From Oopsacas minuta (taxonomy: Eukaryota > Animalia > Porifera), in the NCBI GenBank assembly GCA_024704765.1, contig JAKMXF010000347.1, forward strand, positions 1 to 64,000: 64,000 bases of DNA, given 5' to 3'. The translations under genes were made by a program, and so were the position numbers. Numbering within the stretch: the stretch's first letter is position 1; the number at the start of each line of letters is the position of its first letter. This document shows, in pieces, positions 25,991 to 37,701 of this stretch. The notes under the pieces were generated by a model that saw nothing but the letters and a program-made list of their open reading frames with translations, searched no databases and had not been told where the DNA came from.

Positions 25991-28900
25991 TTCCTTGTAT
26001 GTATATTTCGTTTAGAAGTATATGTGTAATACTAATAGTATTCTTGCTTTTATGTTGTATCCTGAGAAATTACTATGTTTATTAATGATAATTGTTGCTT
26101 ACTATACTTGGTAATTATTGTGGTATTCAGATTAATAATTATTGTATATTTCCTGTTTATTTTCAAAGGTTTTTCATGTGACAAATTTGTAACCGATATG
26201 AGTCTGCACTTGTGTGTGCTTCATAGTTCATATAATTGTAAACCAAGAAAATGTGTAAATACTAAGGACCTGTCATTAACAAATGTTCTATGCAAAATTG
26301 AAGATTGGCTACCCTTAGTTACAGTTGTGAAACAAGTCAATGTAGAATATACCTCAAGAGATAGCAACTTGCTAAAACTACAAAATCAATGGAATGTTGC
26401 TACCCTAATGAGTGTTTATTTGAATCCTTTGATCATTTCGTAGAAAAGATAGTAGTTATCCTATTGAGCTTCATGTTAGATTAGTCGTGTATATATAAGA
26501 AGGTAAATTGGACAAAATTCAAACTATGTTATGAAATTAAGTTTAGAAACAGTCAACTCCTGTTATATCTAAGCTCAAGGAACCGTGATAATTCCTCCGA
26601 TATAACCGATGGAATGTTTGTTACTTTAACGGTTTGGGACCATATTTGTACAATTTCACACTTCTATATAAGCGGGTATTTCTATATGCCCAAGTTCAAC
26701 ATAACAGGAATTGTGTTCATATTTTAACTGTAGCAATAATCTTATAAAGAATATTAGGTAATATTACTAAACTATAAACCTAACAACAGCATTACACAAT
26801 TGGAATTTAAATTAGTCAATGAGAATAATTGTTATGATTAATATATCGTAAGAATTTGCCATATCATATTGACAACAGAGCTTTGGCTAGAGAAATACGC
26901 AAAATTGTTGATTATTGTTTCAAAATGTATTGAGTATAGGTTTTACAGTTTCTGCTCTACCGCCCGCATCAAGTTTACCTGTCACATGAATATTGTCATT
27001 ATTTCACCATTTTATCACTGAAATTCACTTTACAATATATTTACTAACTAACAGGTGAATAGTAGTAACAGACCTCTTTTGACACGCTTAACTAACATAT
27101 TTAGAAGTAGAATCATTGAAATATTTCCATGAATTGGACACTTTGTATCATGATGACGTCATAACATAATGAGACATGAAATGCCATTAGATAGACATCA
27201 TGTGGAGCTGAAACAAGTTTCACATTAACAAATGCATTTTAACAGCGATAATGACCTCCACCAAAAGGACAAGCTCCGTATCAAAATTCACAAAAAACAT
27301 TCATTCTAAACAAATAATAAATATTACGTCATAACAGCACGATAACATTCTAATCAAATTGTCAGAGAGTTAATAAATAGAAATTGTGTATTCATTTCTA
27401 TGAATAATTCAATTATCATTTATTGTGCTTTGTTTTCTAACAACTTGAAACCAAAATTGAATGATTATTACGTCATCTAATATCACAATTAGTTACAGTC
27501 AAAAGGTGTTAGAAACAATCCCAATGGAACTCAATTTCTGCAGGACAATACAGATAATAATATACACAATGAATAAATATAAACACAAATATTATAAGAC
27601 ATGCAATCTCGATCATCGAACTCGTTTGGACATGTGACAGGTTCGGATTATCAAGGTTGTGTATTGCACCAATTTTCATATAAACTATGAAATATCTGTT
27701 GAGTCCGCCTATTAGCGAATCGTACAGTAAACTTCTGTTACAAGCAAGCAAGCAGCTATAGCTTCAAAATAATATATTCCACTCCGCTTACAACCAAATG
27801 AAATCATCCACGCGGGGGGCACTTCGTTATAACTGGAGTGTATTGCAGAGGTTCACAACCTAGGGATCAAGGACAGCTTGGCGGTACACGGATGACAGCA
27901 GGGGATTCACGGATGAGTGAACACCACTGAAATACTGATTAATCATATGAAACTACCTGAAATATTGAAGTGTGAAGATTCACTATCTGGTATTTCTTTT
28001 GAAGCCATTTGATTCAAATAATAGCAAACAAAATATATTAGAATTAACCAAATTCAAAATATCAGAAAAAATCGAGAAATTAGAAAATACTTTCGATGTC
28101 ATTAGTTAGACCGAGAGGTGAATTGAATAATATTCGAATGAGCTATTTCACACCTAATTTCAGTGTTCATAAAATTCAGTTTAGAAACAGTCAACTCCTG
28201 TTATATCTATACTTGAAACCTATGTGATTTTCACATGGCAGCTGTATGTTGGGACTTCTCGAGTGGGCTCATCTCGAAATCTGTTTATATTAGCAAAAGA
28301 TGGCAAAACTGCTAACATTGTATATCCACTTGCCTTACAATAATTCATATACAAACACATATATTATCCCGTGAATGCATATAATCTCATCAAATTTCTA
28401 TATCAATGATCAATACTTACGAGTATCGTATATAGAGTTTACAAATTAGATATTACACCTAAATCTGAAAAACAACCTGAAAGACGTGTTAGAATTTACT
28501 GAGACTCAATACAACAAATTAGAATTTCAAGACCGAAATAGCCTTATTATGCAAGAGATAAGTAACGCTTAAGCAATGTACTACCAGATAAGCTTAAATA
28601 TACAAGTGATTAAGAAAATCTAATAAAATAGACGCCTGAAAGGTGAGTTAGGAAATATTATACAAACTACTACTAGGTAGATAAACCACCAAGAGCATAG
28701 AAACATTCAGCACATAAATACTTGCGCAGGAACTGCGTGAAAACCCGCCCTTAGTGTAAATACAGTAATCGAAGCTCAATTTATATAAAACCTAATAAAG
28801 TACATTAGTATAAATAATACTAATACCTCACCTACAAATGAATAACTACACTGAAGAATTGACAAAATGCAATGTTGTACCATCCATGACAAACACTTAA

Positions 28901-28998
28901 ACGAATGCAGAATAGCAATGTAATAGGTTATTTGATTGTTCACTGAGAGCTATTACATGTGGACGCGTAGCGTTCGCGAATTCCAAAAGACAATCGTC

Positions 28999-29072
28999 AG
29001 GGCCGAAGGCCCTAAAAACCATTCAGCAGGAACTAGCAGAAAAAGCCGCCCAGAGGGCGGCGTTACGGCTAA
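28999..29072 (+). terminator. Two GC hairpins followed by CTRR, candidate Helitron 3' terminus
   Basis: Hairpins agggcc-gaa-ggccct (28999-29013) and gccgccc-aga-gggcggc (29045-29061) are followed by ctaa|t at 29069-29072. Confidence 0.45.
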
Positions 29073-29460
29073 TTATTTATGAGTTAGTATTTGAATTTGT
29101 CTAACTCCCTATGACGTAGGATATATATGCATCTCGTCACAGAAGTACTGGGTCTAAATGCCTTTATCGGAGTGACTATGTCTTGCCTATCTTTTAATGG
29201 AAACATATTTCTTACTTTTGGAATTCCCTTTCGTCCCGTTTTTCTTCTTAAATCAGGTGGCTTTATCTTAATTATAGGAGACACTATCTGTTTATCATTG
29301 TATAATGCCTCAGGTATACTATGCTGTCGGACAGTTTCGAGTTTGTACGCAACATAAAGAAATTAAAAGAAAGTATTTATACAAACACACACACAAATAT
29401 ATATACACACACATCTATATAATACAGCTTAATAACTTCTCCCTGAATCAGCTATTCACA

Positions 29461-30171
29461 CTATTTTAGAGGTCTAAGCAGTACACAATCAAACCAAAGA
29501 TTATCTTGCCAATTCGGCACCAAACTCATGAACCTTGAGTGGATTTTCCCATAACTTTCCATCTTTATACACCCAGTGGACACTTCAACCCATTTCTGCA
29601 AATTCTCCTCTTGATACTGGTATATTTTTCCAAGAGCTATTTCTTGTTTGCCCTCTATAGTGTAGAATATATCTGCATTCGGTACGGGACTTGGATAATC
29701 CATTTTGTCTTGTTTTATACGCCAAACAACTTCATAATTTCCTGGGAATACATTTTTAAAACAAACTCCATTTTCCAAATGGCAGACTGTTATTAAGTAC
29801 AGCGGTTTTTGAGAGAGAGTCCCTTCAGTCTGTCCGTCACTTTTATAGTAACGAGGATCATTGACCCATGCTCCACCTATTTCTACACCCGTCACCATCC
29901 TACTCCTCTTCAACAGTTGCCAATAGGCCCTCTTGTAGCAGTCCGGTTTTATCTCAATAACGAATTTATTTATTTTCTCCTGAGAGAATACTTCATGACA
30001 CAATTTCTTCCATAAATGTTGTAGTAGTGCATCATAGTGTAAGCAGGTCAGAGAGAAGTTTAATAGATCTTTGAATCCATTTGCGTGACAGAGAACGTAA
30101 CGAGCTAGAACCTCTGTTATCTCAATTGAAAATATGAAGGGAGGAAAATCTTTTGAATTCACTTCTGCCAT
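29461..30171 (-). CDS. F-box protein with a C-terminal PP2 (phloem protein 2)-type lectin domain, intronless
   Basis: The N-terminus is F-box-like (FSIEITEVLARYV...DLLNFSLTCLHYDALLQHLWKKLC). The C-terminus carries PP2 signature blocks in order: AWVNDPRYY, VCHLE, PGNYEVVWRIK, WVEVSTG and WQDNLWFDCVLLRPLK-stop. Confidence 0.7.
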   Translation of the reverse strand: MAEVNSKDFPPFIFSIEITEVLARYVLCHANGFKDLLNFSLTCLHYDALLQHLWKKLCHEVFSQEKINKFVIEIKPDCYKRAYWQLLKRSRMVTGVEIGGAWVNDPRYYKSDGQTEGTLSQKPLYLITVCHLENGVCFKNVFPGNYEVVWRIKQDKMDYPSPVPNADIFYTIEGKQEIALGKIYQYQEENLQKWVEVSTGCIKMESYGKIHSRFMSLVPNWQDNLWFDCVLLRPLK

Positions 30172-30908
30172 TTTGTAATTCTACTACATAATTCTTGTAT
30201 TTATAGTATTGGGTTGCAATTTGCAAATAAGTGTTAAAACAGGCTTAATTAATTACAACAGGAATTATGCAAATAATTAGCATTTGTATAAGCCAAAAAT
30301 GTTTATGAAATATTTAATATTATAATTATGTTTACGTATAAGTTGTTCAATCTTATAATCTTATTTTTAAATTCTAAATTTCTTTGTTTGGCTGTTATTA
30401 TCTGTTTCAACTTGTGCGGACAGAATTCTATCGATATCATCATCCAAATCCTTATCAGTCTCTTCTACATCTGATAGATCATTTTATGAACTTTTCTTAA
30501 CGGTCTCATCTTCTTTTATCTTTTCCTCTTCCACCCATTTGCTTATTTCTTCATGAGACTTCTCTCTCAGAGATTTTAGGTCCACCACTAGACACGATAT
30601 TGTCTGAGGTTCAGGCAGATTTGTTGTAATGTTTATATCCGAGTTGTCAGAGGTGTGAAATGCTGTAAGTGATAAAGTGGTCTTATTATTGTCCATATTG
30701 CTAGCCATCTTATTAATAATATAATCATAATTGAATTATCATTTACCAAAGCTCTCACTATTCCCCAAGATGATAACATAAAATGGGTCAGAGGATGTAC
30801 AGCGAGTTAATAATTGAAACAGACAACATAGGTTGTGTCGTGGCCAACAGTTGTGTGTATATCAATAGAAACAAGTGAATAATAATTATCCTCCATAAAA
30901 ATCTGTAT

Positions 30909-31545
30909 CTAAATTAGGTATTTATGGACAGCGTATCCAGCTATGAATACAATAGACTGTAGAGTATTTACAGCTGTATCAATATCATCACTTGTATTCA
31001 GTTGTGTTAGATAAGATTCCAAGTTAAGAGAAGTACTGATTTGATTATTGGATACAGTTCTTTCGCTGATGATCTGGAGCAAGGAATTTGTCGAACAATA
31101 GTGGACCATTTCTCGCAGAGACTTGAAACCATTATCGCGAAACCAGTTTTCGCAGGATAATCTGGTTGCATAGATGCCCCGATTATCTTACCACCCTTAT
31201 AAGTATACTCAGATTTTACATGAACCTCATCCATCTGCATAATTACACACCGTTCCATATAATTGAAGTATATTATTGATTGTTGAAGAAAGCATGTAAA
31301 GCATGTAAATTCACTGTCTAAACCTATGTTAGAGTATAATCGTTGAAGAGTTGAGTGATGAGGTAAAGAAATACAGTCCAGAGATTGAAGATATCGGTAG
31401 CATGCTGGCAAAATTAACTGAGATTTAAGTGCCAACACAAGAGTGATAAGATTGTACCTTCGGTGATTTTTGTGTACTAGAAGGTTTTCTAATTGGTTGA
31501 TGGTGAATTGTAGATGAGGTGTGCTGTCGAGCTTGAAGTATTTGA
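30909..31545 (-). pseudogene. P-element/THAP9-type transposase, internally deleted
   Basis: LQFTINQLENL..HRRYN..LALKS...LPHHSTLQRLYS...MDEVHVKSEYTYKGGKIIG..AKTGFAIMVSSL is joined directly to the C-terminal VFIAGYAVHKYL block. The central catalytic region is absent. Confidence 0.8.
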
Positions 31546-31967
31546 AGTACTATTGCGTAATCTTGATAATGACCAAATATGGGCATAATCACAACTGCGT
31601 CACGCCGGTTTGAGATATCGTATGAAAATGTATTACAAGGGTATGGAAATTTTGGGTATATAGCACATATTGATTGGAAGTATTAAGACTAACTCTAGCG
31701 ATTATCGAGTTATTAAGGGATTTTACCAAATAAGTGCCATCCATGGTATCTAATATAACTCAGTTATGTGACAATTTCTAATTACAAAAATTTTACATTA
31801 CATGTATAAACATCCTTAAATCACTTTATAGTAATTCTGGAATCGAAGACGCGCTAGTGATCGTTTATCAGAGGTTAAAAATGGTGCATTTTTAACAACA
31901 TATTGCCCTTCTAACCAAACAGATGACGTCATTTCAAACTGGAAATAGTTGGATAATATGACTTCTG
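31545..31967 (-). mobile_element. Single arm plus centre of the 18849-19596 foldback element
   Basis: Near-identical reverse complement of 18849 to about 19270, abutting the transposase coding sequence. Confidence 0.85.
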
Positions 31968-32129
31968 TTAATTACTATCTATCAATAATAATGAGTAGCG
32001 CATGCGCTGCATTAGGATTGTTGGTAAGTCATATTTATAGATATGCGTCATCATTCCAACCATAGTTACCCAAACTGTTGAATTGAATGTGATTAGATAA
32101 GTTTCGAAACCACATTACGACAAGTGGTC

Positions 32130-34700
32130 ATTGGAATGCTGGTGCATTTATAATGTATGGAAGTAGATATATAAATTTATACCATTCGTTAGATAATTTC
32201 ATTTTGGAAATTGCTGAAAAAGAAACTTCACAAACTGGATCTGATAATATATACCCCAAAAAACGAATAATCTCGGAGAAAGAAGATATCAGCTTCATCA
32301 CATTAGACATCGACAAAGTATGCCTATCAGAAGGTGAATCATTTCAATTGATAGAATCAGATGTACCAACATGGTCAAAACCAGCTGATAATTATATTCC
32401 TAATTCCTTATGCTTTCAAGCAAACTTTAGTTGCTTGTTGATTCAATATAATTTTTCAGATAAGTCAGTGTCAACCTGATTGCTTCTCAGAACCCGAAAT
32501 GAAACAAGTAGAGATGCCTATAATTGACCAGTATGTAAAACTATTGATATTGAAGTCTCACATATATAAGTTAGAGGATAGTGAATATGTTATAATTGCA
32601 GATTATGATCACTCACTACGTTATTATCACTATTCTGTTTGCATGTTTGTCTCTCTGCTCCGGTTCGTAGGGCCCAACACCTTTATTTCGGTTAAGCCGG
32701 TCAAATGGCCTGGTCCTAAGTGACCCTATTAATCGGAGTCTACCGTACATTTACTATTCTCACTACCAAAACTAAACATTATGTATTTCAAGGAACCGTT
32801 GTACTAAACAAAAGGAGAATCATAATTGAAACAAACAGCAATCTATGCGCCAATTGTTATAGTGATACTTGTTCTCATTATCAAGCATTTGAACTCTGTT
32901 CATAAAATGATTGTTTGCAAGTTTGTGAAGCAAACATTCTAGAAGACATAATATATTATTTCCCAAGTCCTAACGATATCTTTCTGTTGACAGATGATAC
33001 TTTTCACAACTTCAAATTGAATAATGATAGGTGGTTATGTTGTTCTTGTTCTTCAAAGTGCAAACAACATTCCAGACTCCATAATATTCTCGAAAATACT
33101 GGATCAAATACACAGAAAAAGTTTGAATATAACACGATATCAACAAGAGCAATACCAACAATCTAGATGAAAGCCAAATAGCAATTTACAACCATCAGCT
33201 CTGCCATGGCATCAATTTACCTTTAAATATGTATCCTGAAGAGAAATTATGTGACTATGGTTTCAAATTCAATGAAGAGGAGAAGCTTAAACTAGAGAAG
33301 GTTGGAATAGTTATCTATTTAGAAAATGATATTAATGAACTCAAAGATTACAAAAGTATATATTTATCATCAATGAACCATTCGCTCGGTCTCAATTTTG
33401 ATTTAGTATGGTGGGTTATTCTACGTATTTAGCCGTTGAAAACAAGTCTTTGCAATTATAAAGGAATTTCAATAAATATTTGGTCTCATATAAGATTGTT
33501 CATTCGATTGCAATCAACTCGTCCCAATTTACCTCCTCCCTAAATTTGCCTGTGCTTGGTAACTCAGTAATTATATTGTAAGTATATAGTTTACAGTTCA
33601 AGATTCAGTGGAACTTGCAATTGCTTGGCAGTCTTCGAAGGTCAGAACAGTTTACTGTTAAACATCAACAACAAGTACTTTGTTCATTACAGTTTGTTAT
33701 ATGATTATAGCGAGTTGATGACCATGTCTAGAAATACTTTGTACGGTTACTTGAGGTATGTATTGTTTAAATAATATTCTTGATAAATTAAAATTCCTAT
33801 ATACATACAATCTAATTCTTCGTTTTACTCTTTAGTGCCAAGAACAGGAAGATTATCAGAATGGGTAGACGAATACATTCCATTATCACATTGTTTATCA
33901 GGCATGGAACGCCTATCTAAGAACAGAAGACATAGATTATGACTCGAACTACATATGTTCAAAGTGTAAAGATCATCCCGATGTGATAATTTTAGATGGC
34001 ATAGCGATGGGAACAATGAAATCGGTACCAGAAGTGGATGCAAAATTCGATCAGGATCAGCAATACCCTATGATCCCATTTTCAGATCGTGTTTTTATCC
34101 CCGACACAGCAATTAGAAAGCAACTCCTTAAATACTGTTCTGAAGGTTTGACAGAAAATACACTAACAGACCTATTGAAGTCTATTCATAAAGAAATGGC
34201 TGATTATATTTTATTTAGTTCCATTAGGACAGAAAATTTAGTGACTATAAGTGAAGAATATATACACGTTAGGAAAGTCTTAAAACTCTTTTGCCATACA
34301 GATCCAATATCAGGAGTATTCCAATTCTCTCTGCTGGAACCGAATGAACGAAAAGCAATAGCTCTTCTTGCCAATGGAAAATCAGCAAGTGAAGATTCCT
34401 TAACAGTATACGTCATAACCATTTTGTATTTATCTTTGAAATGCTACAACTTTTCAAGTTATATACATTATCTATAGAAATTTGAACCACTTCAAGTACA
34501 TTGTGCCCTGTTCGATTTCTCCCAAATTTTAGCATATCAGATTTCAACTATAGTAGAAATAACATAACACTCAAACCCAATATTTGAAATCCTACATCAT
34601 CTTACCTCAGCCAATATTTGAGTAAAATATTCACCCAAGACTTTTTCTTATACTCCAGATTGTGTATACAACTTTGGCGAATATATATTACATTATAACA
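32130..34700 (+). pseudogene. Degraded KDZ (Kyakuja-Dileera-Zisupton)/HMGXB3-like transposase
   Basis: Broken ORFs contain a SWIM-like CANCYSDTCSH, CCSCSSKCKQH, CxC-type GTCNCLAVFEGQNSLLLNINN (about 33608) and YQAWNAYLRTEDIDY..YICSKCKDHPDVIILDGIAMG (about 33895-34015). Confidence 0.65.
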
Positions 34701-35117
34701 AGTAAAGTTCACATAAAAATACAATTTATTCAATTCTGCCTATTTATGGATTCGTATGTGTGTAGTAATATCCATAGTCCAAAGAGGTTATGAACATTGT
34801 GTTAGATCACCAAAATGTCGGACACCCAAGGTTTCAATTGATATTTTGTGAAATTCTCAAAACCACGAAGTTATGTGCTGTGTTACAAATTCTGGAATTC
34901 CAATGTTGTTCAATAGTGCTTAGTTTCGTATATTTGATATTGGAATTCAATCTTGTTTCAGTACTAACATGTATGATGATGCGTATTCGCAATGTCGGCT
35001 CGCAATGCTACTCTGCTGGTTAAGTACTAGCATTGGTATATATACTGGAAACATAACATTTGACGCATATTCTCTACACTTATAACAACAACAACAGCAA
35101 TCATAATTATCATAATA

Positions 35118-35921
35118 ATGTTCAACGATGGATGTACCATTGAGTTCACAGGTAAGGTATTCATTTTTATCGAACTTTTTTCAATATATTTATGTTCATT
35201 GTATCATTTCAGTAAAATTCTAGTAACTCGAAAACAATTTGGCTAGTCATACTTAATTATTGCAAAAGTGAAATATGATAATTCTTGTATATGAAACTCC
35301 ATTCTTTTAGAAGATGAACCACGAATTTTGGCACCGTTCTCTGGCGATGACTCTCCTAATGATTCCCCTACTACTCAGGATTCACCTGGCATACGAGATT
35401 CTCCTCCAGCCTCCTCCAATATTGCCTCTATATTTCCATCAAGAGGTGAGTAGATCATGTATTTTCTTGTATTCTTTGTTGAATTTCGTGGATTATTTCG
35501 GTAACTTCGGCTGTATAAATCATTGCGTATATAGGAACAGTTTCAATTATACGCGTTCTGTTCAATATTATTCTATTTTTTAGGTAAGAAGAGACGCCTC
35601 GCTGAATTAATGGACGAAAAATTTACTGCTATTTCCGCTGACCTTGACGCTAAGTTAGCTAGGAGGGATGATAGGTATGCTGTCATGATCGCGAAGATTC
35701 TTAAACTCGAAGATCAGGTAGATAAGCAAACACAACTCATTGCATCTCAAGATGATGTCATCGGCAACCTCAAGCAGGAAATAACTCGTCTCAAAAGCGC
35801 CAGTATCGCTATAAAGAGTAGGCTAAGGGAGCACTCGAGGAAACTTCAATCGCTAGCTTCAGAATCACTTGCCTTCCTAACTATATTCGGGGAGGACACA
35901 GAGGACGCTGATAATGCATAA
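35118..35921 (+). CDS. Small 3-exon orphan gene (168 aa) with an acidic/Ser-Pro N-terminus, a KKRR motif and a long coiled coil; exons 35118-35151, 35311-35445, 35584-35921
   Basis: Two canonical GT-AG phase-1 introns join in frame to give MFNDGCTIEFTEDEPRILAPFSGDDSPND...SRGKKRRLAELMDEKF...DADNA. Exon GC is higher than in the flanks. Confidence 0.55.
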
Positions 35922-36828
35922 TCCAGAATATATTTAAACATTTCAATTAGATCGTTCTGAAATATTCAATGAACAACCTAACCCACTCATTCTCTCTAAT
36001 TCAATATACAATATATAGAAATTTTGAATTAGTAAATAATAGCCAAAATTTGTATGTTAGTTCAAATATAGAATATTGGCATTGAAATCACCAACAGAAC
36101 CACAACAAAACCAATCACACTTATTCAACTCTGATCTCATTCAATAATTCCACATATTCAACTGTCTAATCTCATTCAATATTTCCGGGATACTAACATT
36201 GACTGACTTGCACTATTATCTTCCCAAATGAATCTGATGTGAGTGTTCTTATAATTATGATCTTTTTTCTATTTATCCTTTATACATGTATATCGTTAAA
36301 ATTTTTTGAATATTTATATAATTTTTATGATAAAATACATATTATTCTTATTATTATTTTCCATATTATAATGATTATGTTTATGCTTATTCTGTATATT
36401 TTATATATTCTTTATATTTGTTGGGTAATTAGATTCAGCATACTATTTATCAAGAGCCATACGTAAATATATGAATGGGGAATCCACCCGCCAAGAGCGC
36501 CGCATTCTAAATTGCAAATTATCCTGTAGTTCTCTCACGAAATATGTCCTCTAACCATACCAGTCAACTTTTGTGACTCAAATCCCTAGAAGGTTTCCGA
36601 ACTTCGCCTGGACACTGGACTACCAAAATTTGTCTCCTCTGCGCTCTCTCGTCATGAATTGCCACGAGATGTCACTAGTTCGATAGTTCCGTTCATTTAG
36701 AGAGACCGTACAGAGAATCCCGGACGGGTTAGCAGCTATACCTAGCACCTAAAGTGGAAGAAACATCTCTCTGACTAGTAGCCATGCTTAACTTTTTTCA
36801 CTAGTAATGAAGAAGAAACTATTCGTAC

Positions 36829-36916
<88 letters not shown>
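36829..36916. repeat. (TAG)n microsatellite
   Basis: About 29 perfect TAG units. Confidence 0.98.
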
Positions 36917-36944
36917 CTGTCTCTTATACACATCTTATATTCCN
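36917..36944 (+). other. Nextera/Tn5 mosaic-end adapter plus N: assembly artefact or junction
   Basis: Exact CTGTCTCTTATACACATCT at 36917-36935, with an ambiguous n at 36944. Confidence 0.97.
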
Positions 36945-37701
36945 AATGCTGCGAGATTCTGGGCAAGCAAAATGAGTCGTTATAAGCGATTTGTCGTTAA
37001 AGCCGATGTCGTTAAATCCAATGTTTACTGTATCTAAAATCATCCAAAATAGTGAAGAATTTCGGGTCACAAATGTTAAGATTTGAATATATTAGTTGAT
37101 TGGCCTATCATAATAATTTTCCTTAACACATCCATCTGATACTTAGTTATTAGTTGACAAAACATGCTAAAATCATGCAAATATATTCTGTGACAATAAT
37201 ATTGAATAAATAGAATATGTATTTTGCCATTTATCATAAAACGCGAGTATAAGAAGATGAATCGTATTTACAAATTTGATGGATAAATTTAGTCTAAAAT
37301 TTGATTACTTTGATGTATCAATAATAGATAATCTCCATGAAGGTCATCAACAAAATCTATGAGATAATAATATGATATGATTATCCCGTAAGAATTTCTA
37401 ACTCACTAATATATATAGACAAACATCAATTTACTTGCACTAACAGAAGGAAGCCAATAGACACTCTCGATAATGATATGGGCCATGGCTCCACTGTTCC
37501 CATCTAATCCTCCCGTAAGCCCCCTGCTACTAATTAAATTTTAAGAAATCCCAGAAAATAAAATTTCTCGGTACGATTTCAGTATTTGAATGAGTATAAT
37601 TATCGAGCTAACGTGTAAGCTTATCGTTAATAGACGGATATAACAGTCATGAGGAATGAGAAGTGATCAGATTAGTAACTTACGAATAGAGAGAGAGTTA
37701 A

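Noticed and set aside
26075-26443. 122-aa ORF
   Set aside because: Low-complexity AT-rich start and no family recognised.
30484-30708. 74-aa minus-strand ORF between the F-box gene and the transposase
   Set aside because: Could be a transposase tail or an orphan; nothing supports a call.
36239-36466. Hydrophobic Ile/Phe/Tyr-rich ORF
   Set aside because: A by-product of extreme AT content.
36775-37037. Poly-Leu and poly-Val ORFs
   Set aside because: Translations of (TAG)n plus the Nextera adapter.
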